Source of the DNA: Syncephalis fuscata S228 | Lineage: Eukaryota; Fungi; Zoopagomycota | DNA length: 64,000 bases | Reading direction: 5' to 3' | Assembly (NCBI GenBank): GCA_025786725.1 | Contig: JAHLTZ010000033.1 | Span: 186,001 to 250,000, forward strand | Shown here: positions 12,761-23,156 of the stretch, in pieces | Numbering within the stretch: the stretch's first letter is position 1 | Layout: each line of letters starts with the position of its first letter | Notes under the pieces: generated by a model | Database searches by the model: none | The model's input: the letters and a program-made list of their open reading frames with translations, nothing else | Told to the model about the DNA's origin: nothing | Made by a program: the position numbers and the translations under genes

Positions 12761-13189
12761 TTAAAACCAACCCGGTATAATACCACTCAATCGTAGACTA
12801 CCAAGAATATGTTTGAAATTTGAAGCATCAGCCAAGTCACGATTCCACAATCTTGCACCCGTAAAAGTTTTATGAGCTTTCTTACAATTTTGATTTGCGC
12901 ACCTACAAACAATCTAGATGTTAGAATAAAATATTCCTTTTGCACTCAGTCTATAAATTATAGTATCTTAGAAGCCCGTGGCACTTTACTTTTGGATGAT
13001 TGCGACGCTAATACGAACGTGGATTGTCAATTATTTGGAATGTTTTTAAACTTAGAGCTTGACAAGTAGGACAGGTTTAGAGCTGTTATACTCATCAGTT
13101 AAAAGCACATTAAAGTCATTCTTTTAAAGTATACGCTTCAAACCAGCACTTCGAATGGGGTTTTGAAACTTTACATGACCGGCATAATG
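12761..13189 (-). mobile_element. Decayed Fanzor (eukaryotic TnpB homolog) C-terminal fragment: RuvC-II, zinc finger, RuvC-III
   Basis: Manual translation: HYAGHVKFQNPIRSAGLKRIL*KNDFNVLLTDEYNSSK/TCPTCQALSLKTFQIIDNPRSY*RRNHPKVKCHGLLR|CANQNCKKAHKTFTGARLWNRDLADASNFKHILGSLRLSGIIPGWF*. It shows DE-x-x-S-S-x-x-CPxC, HGLLRC-x4-C and WNRD-x-A-x-x-x-N. It carries two internal stops, one frameshift and a 64-nt intron relic at 12903-12966. Confidence 0.85.
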
Positions 13190-13340
13190 CTAAATGACAT
13201 ATATGTTATATTATTAATACATTATATTAAAAAAACTAGTTAAATAAAATACAAAATGTATATGGTTCACTTGCTAATTTATTATAATATTGCCAATAAA
13301 ATAACAGAATAACATTAAACATGGTTTATACCTAAATTGC

Positions 13341-15182
13341 TTAGCTTTTAACTATTCCTTGATACGGAACATAAACAGCTCGGCTCGGTGTTGATCTATT
13401 GACTTCTGGATTAGGATCAATTACAATATACCCAGAATATGACCATATTTCATTTTTTAATATATTTGTCGGAGGACTAATTGCTACAATAATCTCGCTT
13501 ATCTGATTTGGAAGTAGACTAATTGATTTTGGAAAGGAAACAGCTGCAATCACAGGTGGCCTCAATGACATATCGATAAAATACGATACTTTTGAAACCG
13601 CAGCAGTTGGAATATGTGAAAGTTTATACGATAATAATGTGGATGATAGAGATGAAATTTTGATTGGTATATTCACTGTGTTGGCATATGTATATCCCAT
13701 ATTAATTGACGACGGGGCAACAAAAATATTTGCAACATCTATCAATTTGTCAAGATTAATCATGCCGGCACCTTGATATGATACAGGAGCGTAGTAGTTT
13801 GGATTGCTGTCTTTGATTGGAACTGCGCTGTTTTGCAATAGAGTCTTGACATATACAACGTCAAGCGAACTCTTGGGATTGACTTCAGTCATTAATGCAA
13901 CTGCGCCAGCAACATAGGCAACAGCTGCTGATATATCGCTGAAATGAGGTTCATTCATTTTGGTTGTAATGGTGGTAGTATAAATTTTATAACTTGGTGC
14001 CAAGATGTCAGGATATAAAGGTGGTATGAATAGTTGATTTTGTGGTCCAGCTGAGTCAATAGTAACGTTTCCATCTTCAATGTATCCATATTTTTCTGCA
14101 AAAATATATTTGTGTCCACGCTTATTCTTATAACCTTCTTCTATAAATAAAGCATCTTTTTCACTAATATTGAATAAAGGTATGTTGCATTCATTTCTCT
14201 CTCTAGAAACGTCGTTTACAATGATAAGCGCAGCCATTCCTGTGACTCTAGCAAGCTCTATCAAAGCCTGCATTTCTATTTTTTTATACCAGACAAGTGC
14301 AATACCTCTTTCTTCAAACCCATTAGAGTATTCATTAGAGGGGTCTATAGGATTATTAGGGATAATATCCACTTCTTTGCCAAAGTTATATTTCATGTTT
14401 AAACACGAAGACGTAAACTCAATACGGCGCCCTGTTGTTCTTTCTTCAAACCAATGCGATAAATGATATTCTTGTTTGGCGCCGCCAACGCTTAATACAT
14501 ATAGTCTCTTGTACGAAAAGTATTGCCGATTTATAAAATTGTTGACCGTTGCTGCAACAATCATAATTACACCTTGGTTTGCAGCATCTTCTATTGTTAG
14601 TCTCAATTGAGCGCTACTTTCATCTACAATGGCAATTTCTGGTAATACGATAATTTTCATTTGATCATTAATCGCTGCTGTTATAGCTTTTAATACCAAT
14701 GAAGTTGAAGTTGGGCCTCTGCAGCCAAATACACGATAGGTGCCAAGTGTCGCCTCGGGTGCAACTCCGGTAAAATAATCGGTTTTTGCAACGGCAATTC
14801 CAGCTAGACTTACGCCACGCTTATTGCATTCAGATGTATCTTTACCTTGGCCATACTTAGCAGCTACAAATATGCGATGATATTCATGCTTTCCTTTAAA
14901 TGCAGTAGCTTTGAGATTAATTCCACTATCAATAATTCCAAGTTTTACACCTTTCCCTTTAAAATTCATTTTGTGAAGTGCCTCAACACCGGTAGGCACA
15001 TAATAGGGTGTTGCATAAATTGGTTTGCTGGTGATTTTAGAAGTAATAAAAGGATTACTTGGGTTAGGTTTTGCGTAAAAATCGTTTTCATGTATTTTGG
15101 CACTGTCTACGGTAGAATATTGTGTTGAACAAAACAGCAGTAGTGTAAGAATTGCCGATTGTTGTGCTTGTCTTGATATCAT
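13341..15182 (-). CDS. Secreted subtilisin-like (S8) protein with PA and Fn3-like domains, probably catalytically inactive; intronless
   Basis: Signal peptide; GKGVKLGIIDSG; FTGVAPEATLGTYRVFGC; PDILAP; YQGAG; YSGYI...VPYQG. The HGT motif reads RGV and GTSMA reads DISAA. Confidence 0.85.
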   Translation of the reverse strand: MISRQAQQSAILTLLLFCSTQYSTVDSAKIHENDFYAKPNPSNPFITSKITSKPIYATPYYVPTGVEALHKMNFKGKGVKLGIIDSGINLKATAFKGKHEYHRIFVAAKYGQGKDTSECNKRGVSLAGIAVAKTDYFTGVAPEATLGTYRVFGCRGPTSTSLVLKAITAAINDQMKIIVLPEIAIVDESSAQLRLTIEDAANQGVIMIVAATVNNFINRQYFSYKRLYVLSVGGAKQEYHLSHWFEERTTGRRIEFTSSCLNMKYNFGKEVDIIPNNPIDPSNEYSNGFEERGIALVWYKKIEMQALIELARVTGMAALIIVNDVSRERNECNIPLFNISEKDALFIEEGYKNKRGHKYIFAEKYGYIEDGNVTIDSAGPQNQLFIPPLYPDILAPSYKIYTTTITTKMNEPHFSDISAAVAYVAGAVALMTEVNPKSSLDVVYVKTLLQNSAVPIKDSNPNYYAPVSYQGAGMINLDKLIDVANIFVAPSSINMGYTYANTVNIPIKISSLSSTLLSYKLSHIPTAAVSKVSYFIDMSLRPPVIAAVSFPKSISLLPNQISEIIVAISPPTNILKNEIWSYSGYIVIDPNPEVNRSTPSRAVYVPYQGIVKS

Positions 15183-16932
15183 CACTGTAATTAATTGTCG
15201 TATTGAAAAATGATTGTATAATTTAATTGTATGAAAAAGTGCCGATAAAAGCAAATAAAAATGAGACGCTGTATGTGAGATGAAAATATTTGGAATAAGT
15301 ACTTGACAGTTATTTTTAAACATAGACAAATTCCATAAAAGAATGCTAGCATGCACTAAATGTCATTTAAATTGTCAAACAGTACACTCAAAACGTGCTT
15401 TTAAAATAGCACTAGCCATAAAATGATAGTTGCATAGAAGTCACTAGTAATTCGATTTTCAATTGGTTAAGTTTTTAGTTTTAGCAGCCATCATGTGGTA
15501 CTATTTCTTCTTTAGTTATTACTTCCATTTTCATATAATTCTTTTGGCGGAACTGGTTACTCGTGGTATTTTATATAAATATTTATTTCCAATAGTTATG
15601 ACCAGCTTAAAGAGTGATTCTAGTGTAATTAAATAGTAAATTTTAATGAAATGTGCATTAAAAACAATAGTAATTATTTAATTAATAAAGCGTTGATAAT
15701 ATTACGTATATCGTTACGTATAATCAATCAAACTGTATGCTATTTCGCACAAGTATGCATACAACGTATAGGTAGCCGTTGGTAAAGTATACTGCAATTG
15801 TATTGCGTAATAGTATCATGGTTGCGATAATACACTAATAAATGTACAAAAATGGCTGTTTTTTACAGATCATGACTTACATAACTAAAATACAGCAAAA
15901 TGGTTGCTGAATTCGAATTCGCCATGCTTAGTTATACATATTGGTATGAAATATAAAACAATTATTTTTACAAAAAAGTTAGTCAAAAATGCAGTTTACG
16001 TAAATATTTGTTACCAAATATCTAAAATACATGTATGTCAATAGCATAAATTGCTACAATACATTAATATTTCTGTATACTAGCTTACTATTATGCTTGC
16101 TATAGTATTGTAGAGCACTCTGGATTTATTTTAATTTTAATTTAATTTTTAATATTAGATTTTAAAATCATAAAGTTTAATCTTTTTTATTAACAAATAT
16201 TTTGCCGTAATCACGTTTATTAGAAATAAAACATTACATTGCTGTAATGATCATACACATCAGAATAACAAATAACGCCAATTTATAAAGTTATAATACT
16301 GTTTATTGATGTTAAGGCACTTATACGATTACCCTGATTATAAATAAGTGAGTGAGTATTTAAATAAAGTTATAGTTAATGGTGAGTAAGACATGTAGAT
16401 AACCAAGAGGATTGTATAGCTAATAGTGTTTGTTATACATAAATGATAATGTTATTACAGTCCTGACTTTAAATGTTGTAAGCTAGATAATTGAGCAGAT
16501 TTGTTCAATTGAATAATATATATTTAGTCACGCTGTCGCCTTTTTGACCATTAGCCAATATATCAGTGTAACAGCTTTGACCTAAAAAATGATGCACCAG
16601 CCTTGTAAAACACTTAATCAGAATAAATAAACAAAATTACGTATACAATATACAACGATTTACAACTATATAGTTATTACTTTATGAATTAACAATATAA
16701 AAGTACGCTACACTTTATTATAATGCAATGCAATAACACAAGACCAGTTAGCAGGATCGACATAAGGTACATGTGTCATTAGGCATCCAAGGCAGCAATA
16801 AAGCATCAGTGAAAACTAAATCACACAAGCATTCGCGCATAGCTGTATTTACGCACAAAAGAATATATTAAAGTGGATTTGGTAGTTGATAGTAGAACTA
16901 TTATGGTCGAGTTCAGTGATAGCATGGATTTC

Positions 16933-17738
16933 TTATAGTGTCCAGACCAAAAGAGTAACCACTGCCACCAACAGACTGAATTTGCTGGAATCCATAACTG
17001 GAGTAGTATTGGCCGTACTGGTGCTGCTCTTAGTTGACTTGCCTTCTTTGGCAGCCTCCGTGTTGTTTTTGCCACCATTCTCGTCAACTGCGGCCTTAAC
17101 GGTGGGGCATTTTGCATTGAATTTCTCATAGTCCTGATCAATCATGCCAATGGTTTGCCCAAGGCATTGGAAGTACGTTGTTCCCAGTTGGAGTAAGTTT
17201 CCACGCGCAGCTGGCCGCACTCATCGCAAGTAAAGCTATGTTCACGAGGACCGTATTTGCCATCTGTACCCTGCTGTAATAAGCAATATTTCTTGGACTT
17301 GTCTTTGCGACAATATGATTGCCATCGCGGAACTGCCGTGTAAAGATCTGTAAACATCTTATAGGCTTGATTCTTTGGATTTGTTGCGGCATCCTTGCCA
17401 CAAGAATTAAGCAAGCCGGAAAGGAATGTAACAGTTGCCTTTTCATCACACTTGTGATTGTCAGCACAAAATACTCCAAGCGCATCTTCCATTTGCTTAG
17501 AGTCCGTGTAATTCTGTGGAACATTACCACGCGCGCAACCTAGCAAATACTTGTAACTTGGATCGTTAAGAATGATACTACAGCCACTGCCGGCCGCCGA
17601 TCCAGAGCCAACTGTTGCACCTGAGTTGAAGCCGCCAGTACTGGTGTCGGTTGTTTGCGGATTAGCAGCGACATGGCCAGTCGCAAAAAGAGCCACGATG
17701 CCCGCTGTCAACAGCGTAACATATTTTAAAGAAATCAT
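16933..17738 (-). CDS. Cys-rich secreted, probably GPI-anchored surface protein (one frameshift near 17145)
   Basis: Signal peptide MISLKYVTLLTAGIVALFATGHVAA and a Cys-rich domain. A second frame continues MIDQDYEKFNAKC to a Ser/Thr linker and hydrophobic C-terminus FSLLVAVVTLLVWTL. Confidence 0.7.
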
Positions 17739-19739
17739 GATGAATAAATCAAAATGGCGTCGGTGCGTTGTTTCTTAATAATACGCAGGCAAATTGTTAA
17801 TCTAGTTATTAGGGATATAAATATTAGTAAACAATTAGCTGATTAATATGGCTTTACATACAATCAAGATAATTGTGCGTAGCAGAAATTGCTACAATAT
17901 CAGTGGCTATAGTAGCTAGCTCTATCAGTGAAAGAGAGTTGCAGGGTCAGTTAAACGTCAAGTGCGTAAAATTCAAGTTAATTGCAGTTTAAGCAGGTTA
18001 TTGCTAGTGTTAAGCATATAAATGAGGAGAAGAGGACGTTGAATGATAGTTGTCGAAGCTAATTAGTAAAAAAGAATGGCAATAAATAGGCACAGAATAG
18101 AATTGCATAAATGCAGAAAAGTTAGATTGCCATAAAAGGGACGACAATTAAACGGGCGACGGGTGGTTCACCAATGGCTGTTTCAAAAACAGATGTACAT
18201 CCAAAATAGTCTAAGATATGCCTATTTCAACCAGCCAACAATTACATGACGAGTTGTGCCGTAACGTGTACGGTATACGCAAGTGCATCTGCCTATCTTA
18301 TGGCTTAGTATTGTAGTTGTCATGTACTTTGTGTAAAAGGTTTAAGCAAAACAATATAGCCGCCTTTGTGCAGCCAGTGGATAAACATGAAATACAATGC
18401 AATCCGTCGCACTAACAGATTACTTGCACAAATGCATTAGGCAAAAAGCAAATCAGCAGGTAAAAGAGATAAAAGACCATTGTAATCGCTATTTTAATAA
18501 AAGCTATTTTATCGAATACAATAAAAGTGCAGTTATGCTATAGTTGCGCTAAACAAGCCTTTTCAATAGTATAATCTTGTTTGAGAGTAGGCTATAGACA
18601 ATACAATACACACTGTATTCATATATAGCGCAATATATCAATTCTTCAATTCTGTGTGAAATAGATGGTTGCCATCTATATCTCCGCATATCCCAAAAGT
18701 GCATCACAACGTGTCCCATATCTTCATGCTCTCAGGAGAATACACTTACCACTATTGCGATAGCAGACAAGCAGTGTTGAAAAGAAGTATTACGAATTAC
18801 TGGTTAAAAAAGTAGTCGAAGGAAGAGAATGAATGGTAAATGTAGAACGACAAAAATAGAATACCACAGCAGGCAGTTTAATTAGAATTTTAAAAGACAA
18901 GCCACAGACAAGCACGAAATACTAGATTGTGCGTATGTGTAGAGCCTCGCCACCGCCTTGGCTATAATAATAGTAGTTGTGGATGGTAAATGGTGGTTGG
19001 TTTAACTAATCAAAGTAGGAATTAGGAAGAGATGGAATTCACAAAGAAAAAGAGCAGCAGAGTTTGTGTGTGTAATTGAGTTGCTATTATTGCTGATATG
19101 TGTGTGTGTGTTACCGTCCCGTTACAAAATCCTAAATAATCCTCAGCCCAGTAATAGTTACAGCATTGATGACAAAAATTGGCCAGTCGGCTCAAGATGG
19201 ACGGGAAAATTAGACAACAGCTTGCTCATTGGCGTAAGCTCACTTGCCCAAATAGATATCAAATCAGGGCGTATTTAATCTATTTTTATCATGCAGCACT
19301 CTTAGATCATTATTGGCAGTGCCTACTTTATTTGTTTTTGAGAAATGCCGCTGCTTTATACATTTGGCAAGCTGTGTAAAATGTCACACACACACCTAGA
19401 GGGGTGGCCTGCATGAGTTTTGTCTTCTCGGAGTCAAAATAGGATCTTCCCTGGGAATTTGTTACAAAACAAATGGTGAGCATACTGATGTATAAGACAA
19501 ATCATTAGTAGCATTTGCTTGTTTGTTATTATCGCTAATTATAATTATAATTTGTTTTTCAGTATAAGGAATTGACATATATGACATCTAACTTACTGTT
19601 ATGCTACATTGCTACTAATATATATTATAGTTGTATTAACATACTATGATTAAATAAATATTTAAATTACAATATTTTGTTTGAATATTCGTAATTTGAG
19701 CACAATATTTAACATATATAAAAATAGGTATAGCCAAAA

Positions 19740-20060
19740 AAGCTATGCAGTTATTATTAAAGTTGCATAATATTATAAATACGTAATAGTGCCACCACAA
19801 ATTATAATAAAAATGTTTTTTGTTCCGATTTAATTTAGTTTATTATCAAAATTTATACAGCTGCAACTTCTGTTATAAATTTGCTGATTCGGGCTATCAT
19901 TAAACGCAAAAGCTGCATAATATTAATAATAGTTACTTAATTGAATTACTATTATAACATCCGACTAAGCTACCCTGTTTGATTTTCTTTTCTTTTTTGG
20001 TTGCTTAGTCAACGTTACATCATCCTACTACTGATGTTGTAACAGTATGAATTATTTATG
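19740..20060. repeat. Diverged dispersed repeat, with copies at about 42160-42310 and 46330-46720
   Basis: Shared blocks: CCGACTAAGCTACC (about 19961 and 46618), ATAATATTATAAATACGTAA (about 19767 and 42263), GAGTTTTGTTACATTTATT (about 42188 and 46355). Confidence 0.6.
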
Positions 20061-20352
20061 TGATTTAGTTTCTAACAGTATCACTATACAGCTATATAAA
20101 TACTTATCTGAGTGTTAGGTGTTTACACCTGTTACTTTACCTGATACTTTTTCTTTATTTTCCTTTGGTATCATAGTATATACTGAACATTAATTATTCA
20201 TATTAAATGAAGATTTAACTATTTAAATACACAATAAAATTGTGTACTTTTATAATTTTCAATCATCATGTCTAACCAAACTGCCTAACCAACTGCTTTA
20301 TTTTATTTTATTATTTATTTTGTAACAATGGTTTCTGCTATAAGCTTTCTCA

Positions 20353-20628
20353 ATACCTACTTGTGGAAAAAGATGATAAACTAGATTTCAACAAAGAATT
20401 TAGTTTGTGGGCTTACAATGACTATCGGCATACTATTGGTAATCTTTTTGCTGTTTCAAGCAAAGAAAATAATAAGCCACAAACTTTGTTGGTGGATGCA
20501 AGCACTGGCCAAGTTATACGACAAATAGAAGACGCCAATGAAACATATTGCCACATTTTATGATGACTAGATTTGTAACTGGAAAGCGTTCCTTCAATAG
20601 TCAAACAGTAAGCTATGGCGCTCTATAA
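20353..20628 (+). pseudogene. 3' fragment of the F-box-like gene at 39986-41503
   Basis: Encodes EKDDKLDFNKEFSLW...SYGAL, nearly identical to the end of the 505-aa gene, with a 1-bp deletion and no 5' part. Confidence 0.85.
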
Positions 20629-20911
20629 GCAATAAAAGTAATGCTATTTTAAAACAAATTTTATTTAAACTTTATTGCAATGCAAAACGTAATACTATCC
20701 CGATTATTTATGACTCATAAATGGTAAATCATGGCCTTGGTCTTTTGCCATTTAAGGCATCGATAATTTGCAATGTTTAAATTCAAAAAACGATAAGCGA
20801 ACTTCTATTACTATTCTTGTTTGTTTTATTGTGTTTAACTATTTCGTACTATCAACAACGTATATATTGAAACAGAACCACGTTATATTTATCCAACAAC
20901 CATATTTTACG

Positions 20912-22429
20912 ATGAAATCCTCTACTACTGATCAAATATCAGTTAGTAAATTACTTGTGCTTGTGGGCCACCTTCCTCTTAATGACTTTATTCGGTTCAT
21001 TTCATATCTTGATGACACAGTAATTAAATTCAATTATACCTGTCGCTCTGTTAATACAAAACTTAAAAACAATAAGGCATTATGGCAGCATCTTTACCAC
21101 CGTCGATTTCTTAGTAATCCCCACAAAACAAAAGAGTGGGATTTTGTATATTGGTGTATTCGAAATCAATATTCAATCGGCAATATACTAATGGAAGCGG
21201 CCGTACTGTTAGGCAAGCTTGATTGGCGCCATGTATACCGACGGCGTGTTACCACCGAAAATAACTGGCGCTATGGTCGTTCAAAATATACAATAATTCC
21301 ATGCTTTGAAGCACCACGCGCTGCTACACAAAATATCCGCCAACTGACTGGAACAGCTTTGTCTTTACCTATTAATTGCATGTCAGAAGATTTTGAGGAT
21401 GAATTGAATCAGAAAGCTGTTATAGTTGAGTTGAATGCATTTTCATCAAACAAAAGCCAAGCGAAAGCACAAGCAGATTCAGAGTCAGAATCGACTTTGA
21501 AAACTGCAACCATGCATCTTTACAGTTGCTACGACGATTACCAAGCAATGCTAAGTGACCAGTTTTCTGCTATGATTATCAAAGCTAGAGGGTGTAAAAA
21601 TGTAACTATTTATACTCGTGGCAGTTGCAAACCACAATATACTACACAAGTGCCCTTTGATGCCAAATTTATAGGAATTAATGGCCATTGGATGGTATAT
21701 CTATACACCAGCAAGGAAGATAGCCAATTAGCCAAGCTAGTTGCATGGGATTTAAGAAAAAACAGACAATATACTCAAGATCTCGATAGCATAAAGTATA
21801 CTGCGTGTATTTATGGTATTGGATTTGAACACATTACTGTCTATGCTGCCAAAACTATCGATAGCGCGCACGGTTGTATTGAATGGAGACTGTATCAGTT
21901 TATTGAAGATGGATCAATCAGAAAGTCACAACAAAAACAACACCGGCTAAATACGCGAGTGGACTCTATTGCTGTTTCATCTAATGAATTCTCTCGCATA
22001 GTAATGTTCATACGATCTGGATCTACCCCCTTGTTTTTGTGCCATACAGTTACATTTGATTGCCATATGGATATTGTGTTAGATGGCGTTCAGAAAATAT
22101 CGCAAAAAGTCATTAGCATTAGAAATGATCATGATGATACGTGGATGATTTACCATCAATTACTAGAGGAGCAAGATAAAGAACTCGTTTTCAATAATCG
22201 ATTTGACTGGTCCGACGTAATCGGATATTTTCATATTATTGGTGATCTTTTCGCTATCTTTAAACAGCAAGACACTGATATGCAGTATTTATTGGTAGAT
22301 ATGAGTAACGGCAAAGCTATACGTGAATTGGATGAATCTGACAAATGCTGCGTGCCATATTTCCTAATGACTGGAATTGTAATTAATTGCAGTACACGTA
22401 GTAAAGCCATCAGCTTTGGTGCTTTATAA
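20912..22429 (+). CDS. Intronless F-box-like protein (505 aa) with divergent beta-rich C-terminal domain
   Basis: N-terminal F-box-like motif (LPLNDFIRFISYLD...TCRSVN...LWQHLYHRRF) followed by LDWRHVYRRRVTTENNWRYG; open frame from ATG 20912. Confidence 0.75.
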   Translation: MKSSTTDQISVSKLLVLVGHLPLNDFIRFISYLDDTVIKFNYTCRSVNTKLKNNKALWQHLYHRRFLSNPHKTKEWDFVYWCIRNQYSIGNILMEAAVLLGKLDWRHVYRRRVTTENNWRYGRSKYTIIPCFEAPRAATQNIRQLTGTALSLPINCMSEDFEDELNQKAVIVELNAFSSNKSQAKAQADSESESTLKTATMHLYSCYDDYQAMLSDQFSAMIIKARGCKNVTIYTRGSCKPQYTTQVPFDAKFIGINGHWMVYLYTSKEDSQLAKLVAWDLRKNRQYTQDLDSIKYTACIYGIGFEHITVYAAKTIDSAHGCIEWRLYQFIEDGSIRKSQQKQHRLNTRVDSIAVSSNEFSRIVMFIRSGSTPLFLCHTVTFDCHMDIVLDGVQKISQKVISIRNDHDDTWMIYHQLLEEQDKELVFNNRFDWSDVIGYFHIIGDLFAIFKQQDTDMQYLLVDMSNGKAIRELDESDKCCVPYFLMTGIVINCSTRSKAISFGAL

Positions 22430-23156
22430 GTTGGATCAATTTTGTTAAATATGAATAACTTTTATTAACTAAGTAAAGATGATTCTTTCCGTAATTATTA
22501 GCATATTACAACTACATTTAAACTATCCCTTTTAGTAATATTAACGATCAAATCATATATATACTATCCGTATGAATATATAATTTATTTATTTAGTTGC
22601 ATAAATTATAATTTTACCATTATCCTTCATGTAGCTTTCTTCGTCTATTTTTTGCTTTATGTTATCCTCTGCTTTATTGGTTATTAATAAAGCTATTTTT
22701 CATCACCAATTGCACTCTTTGTAGATTTCAACTCGATTCACTCAATCATACACAATGATAATTAGTATCAATTATTTTCTTTAATTATTTATACCATTAT
22801 TTTTAAAAAAAATATTCTAAATTATTAGTTTATAATTAAGGATTTGATATGTAAAAAAGAGATAGTATCAGGCATGCAATCTATATTAGATTATGTCCGA
22901 TAATAGTGCTATCAAAATGTAAACCACCTGATCTTGCTACCATGTGACCATTTCGTCGTTCAACATTGTCGTATGTTTCCCGTTTGGATAACTTTCATCG
23001 GCTATGCTTTGTCCCTGTCTATTGTATTTTCCTTCCTATCACTATTGCTACTTTATACTATTGATTGTTAGTATACTGTTGCGTTCTTCTCTTTTTTGTT
23101 ATATTTTCACGCCAACTGTTATTAAGACATATTTAACACGGCTGTAGTTAGTTAGT

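Larger units (their letters stand above)
20353..22482 (+). repeat. About 2.1-kb near-identical inverted segmental duplication of 38135-40262
   Basis: Reverse-complement match from ATACCTACTTGTGG to AAGTAAAGATGA with only scattered substitutions and 1-bp indels. Confidence 0.93.

Noticed and set aside
12872-13069. Plus-strand 65-aa ORF
   Set aside because: It is the antisense shadow of the minus-strand Fanzor relic and has no recognisable motifs.
15700-15722. Tandem TTACGTATA words resembling bZIP sites
   Set aside because: Too short and AT-rich to distinguish from chance without functional data.
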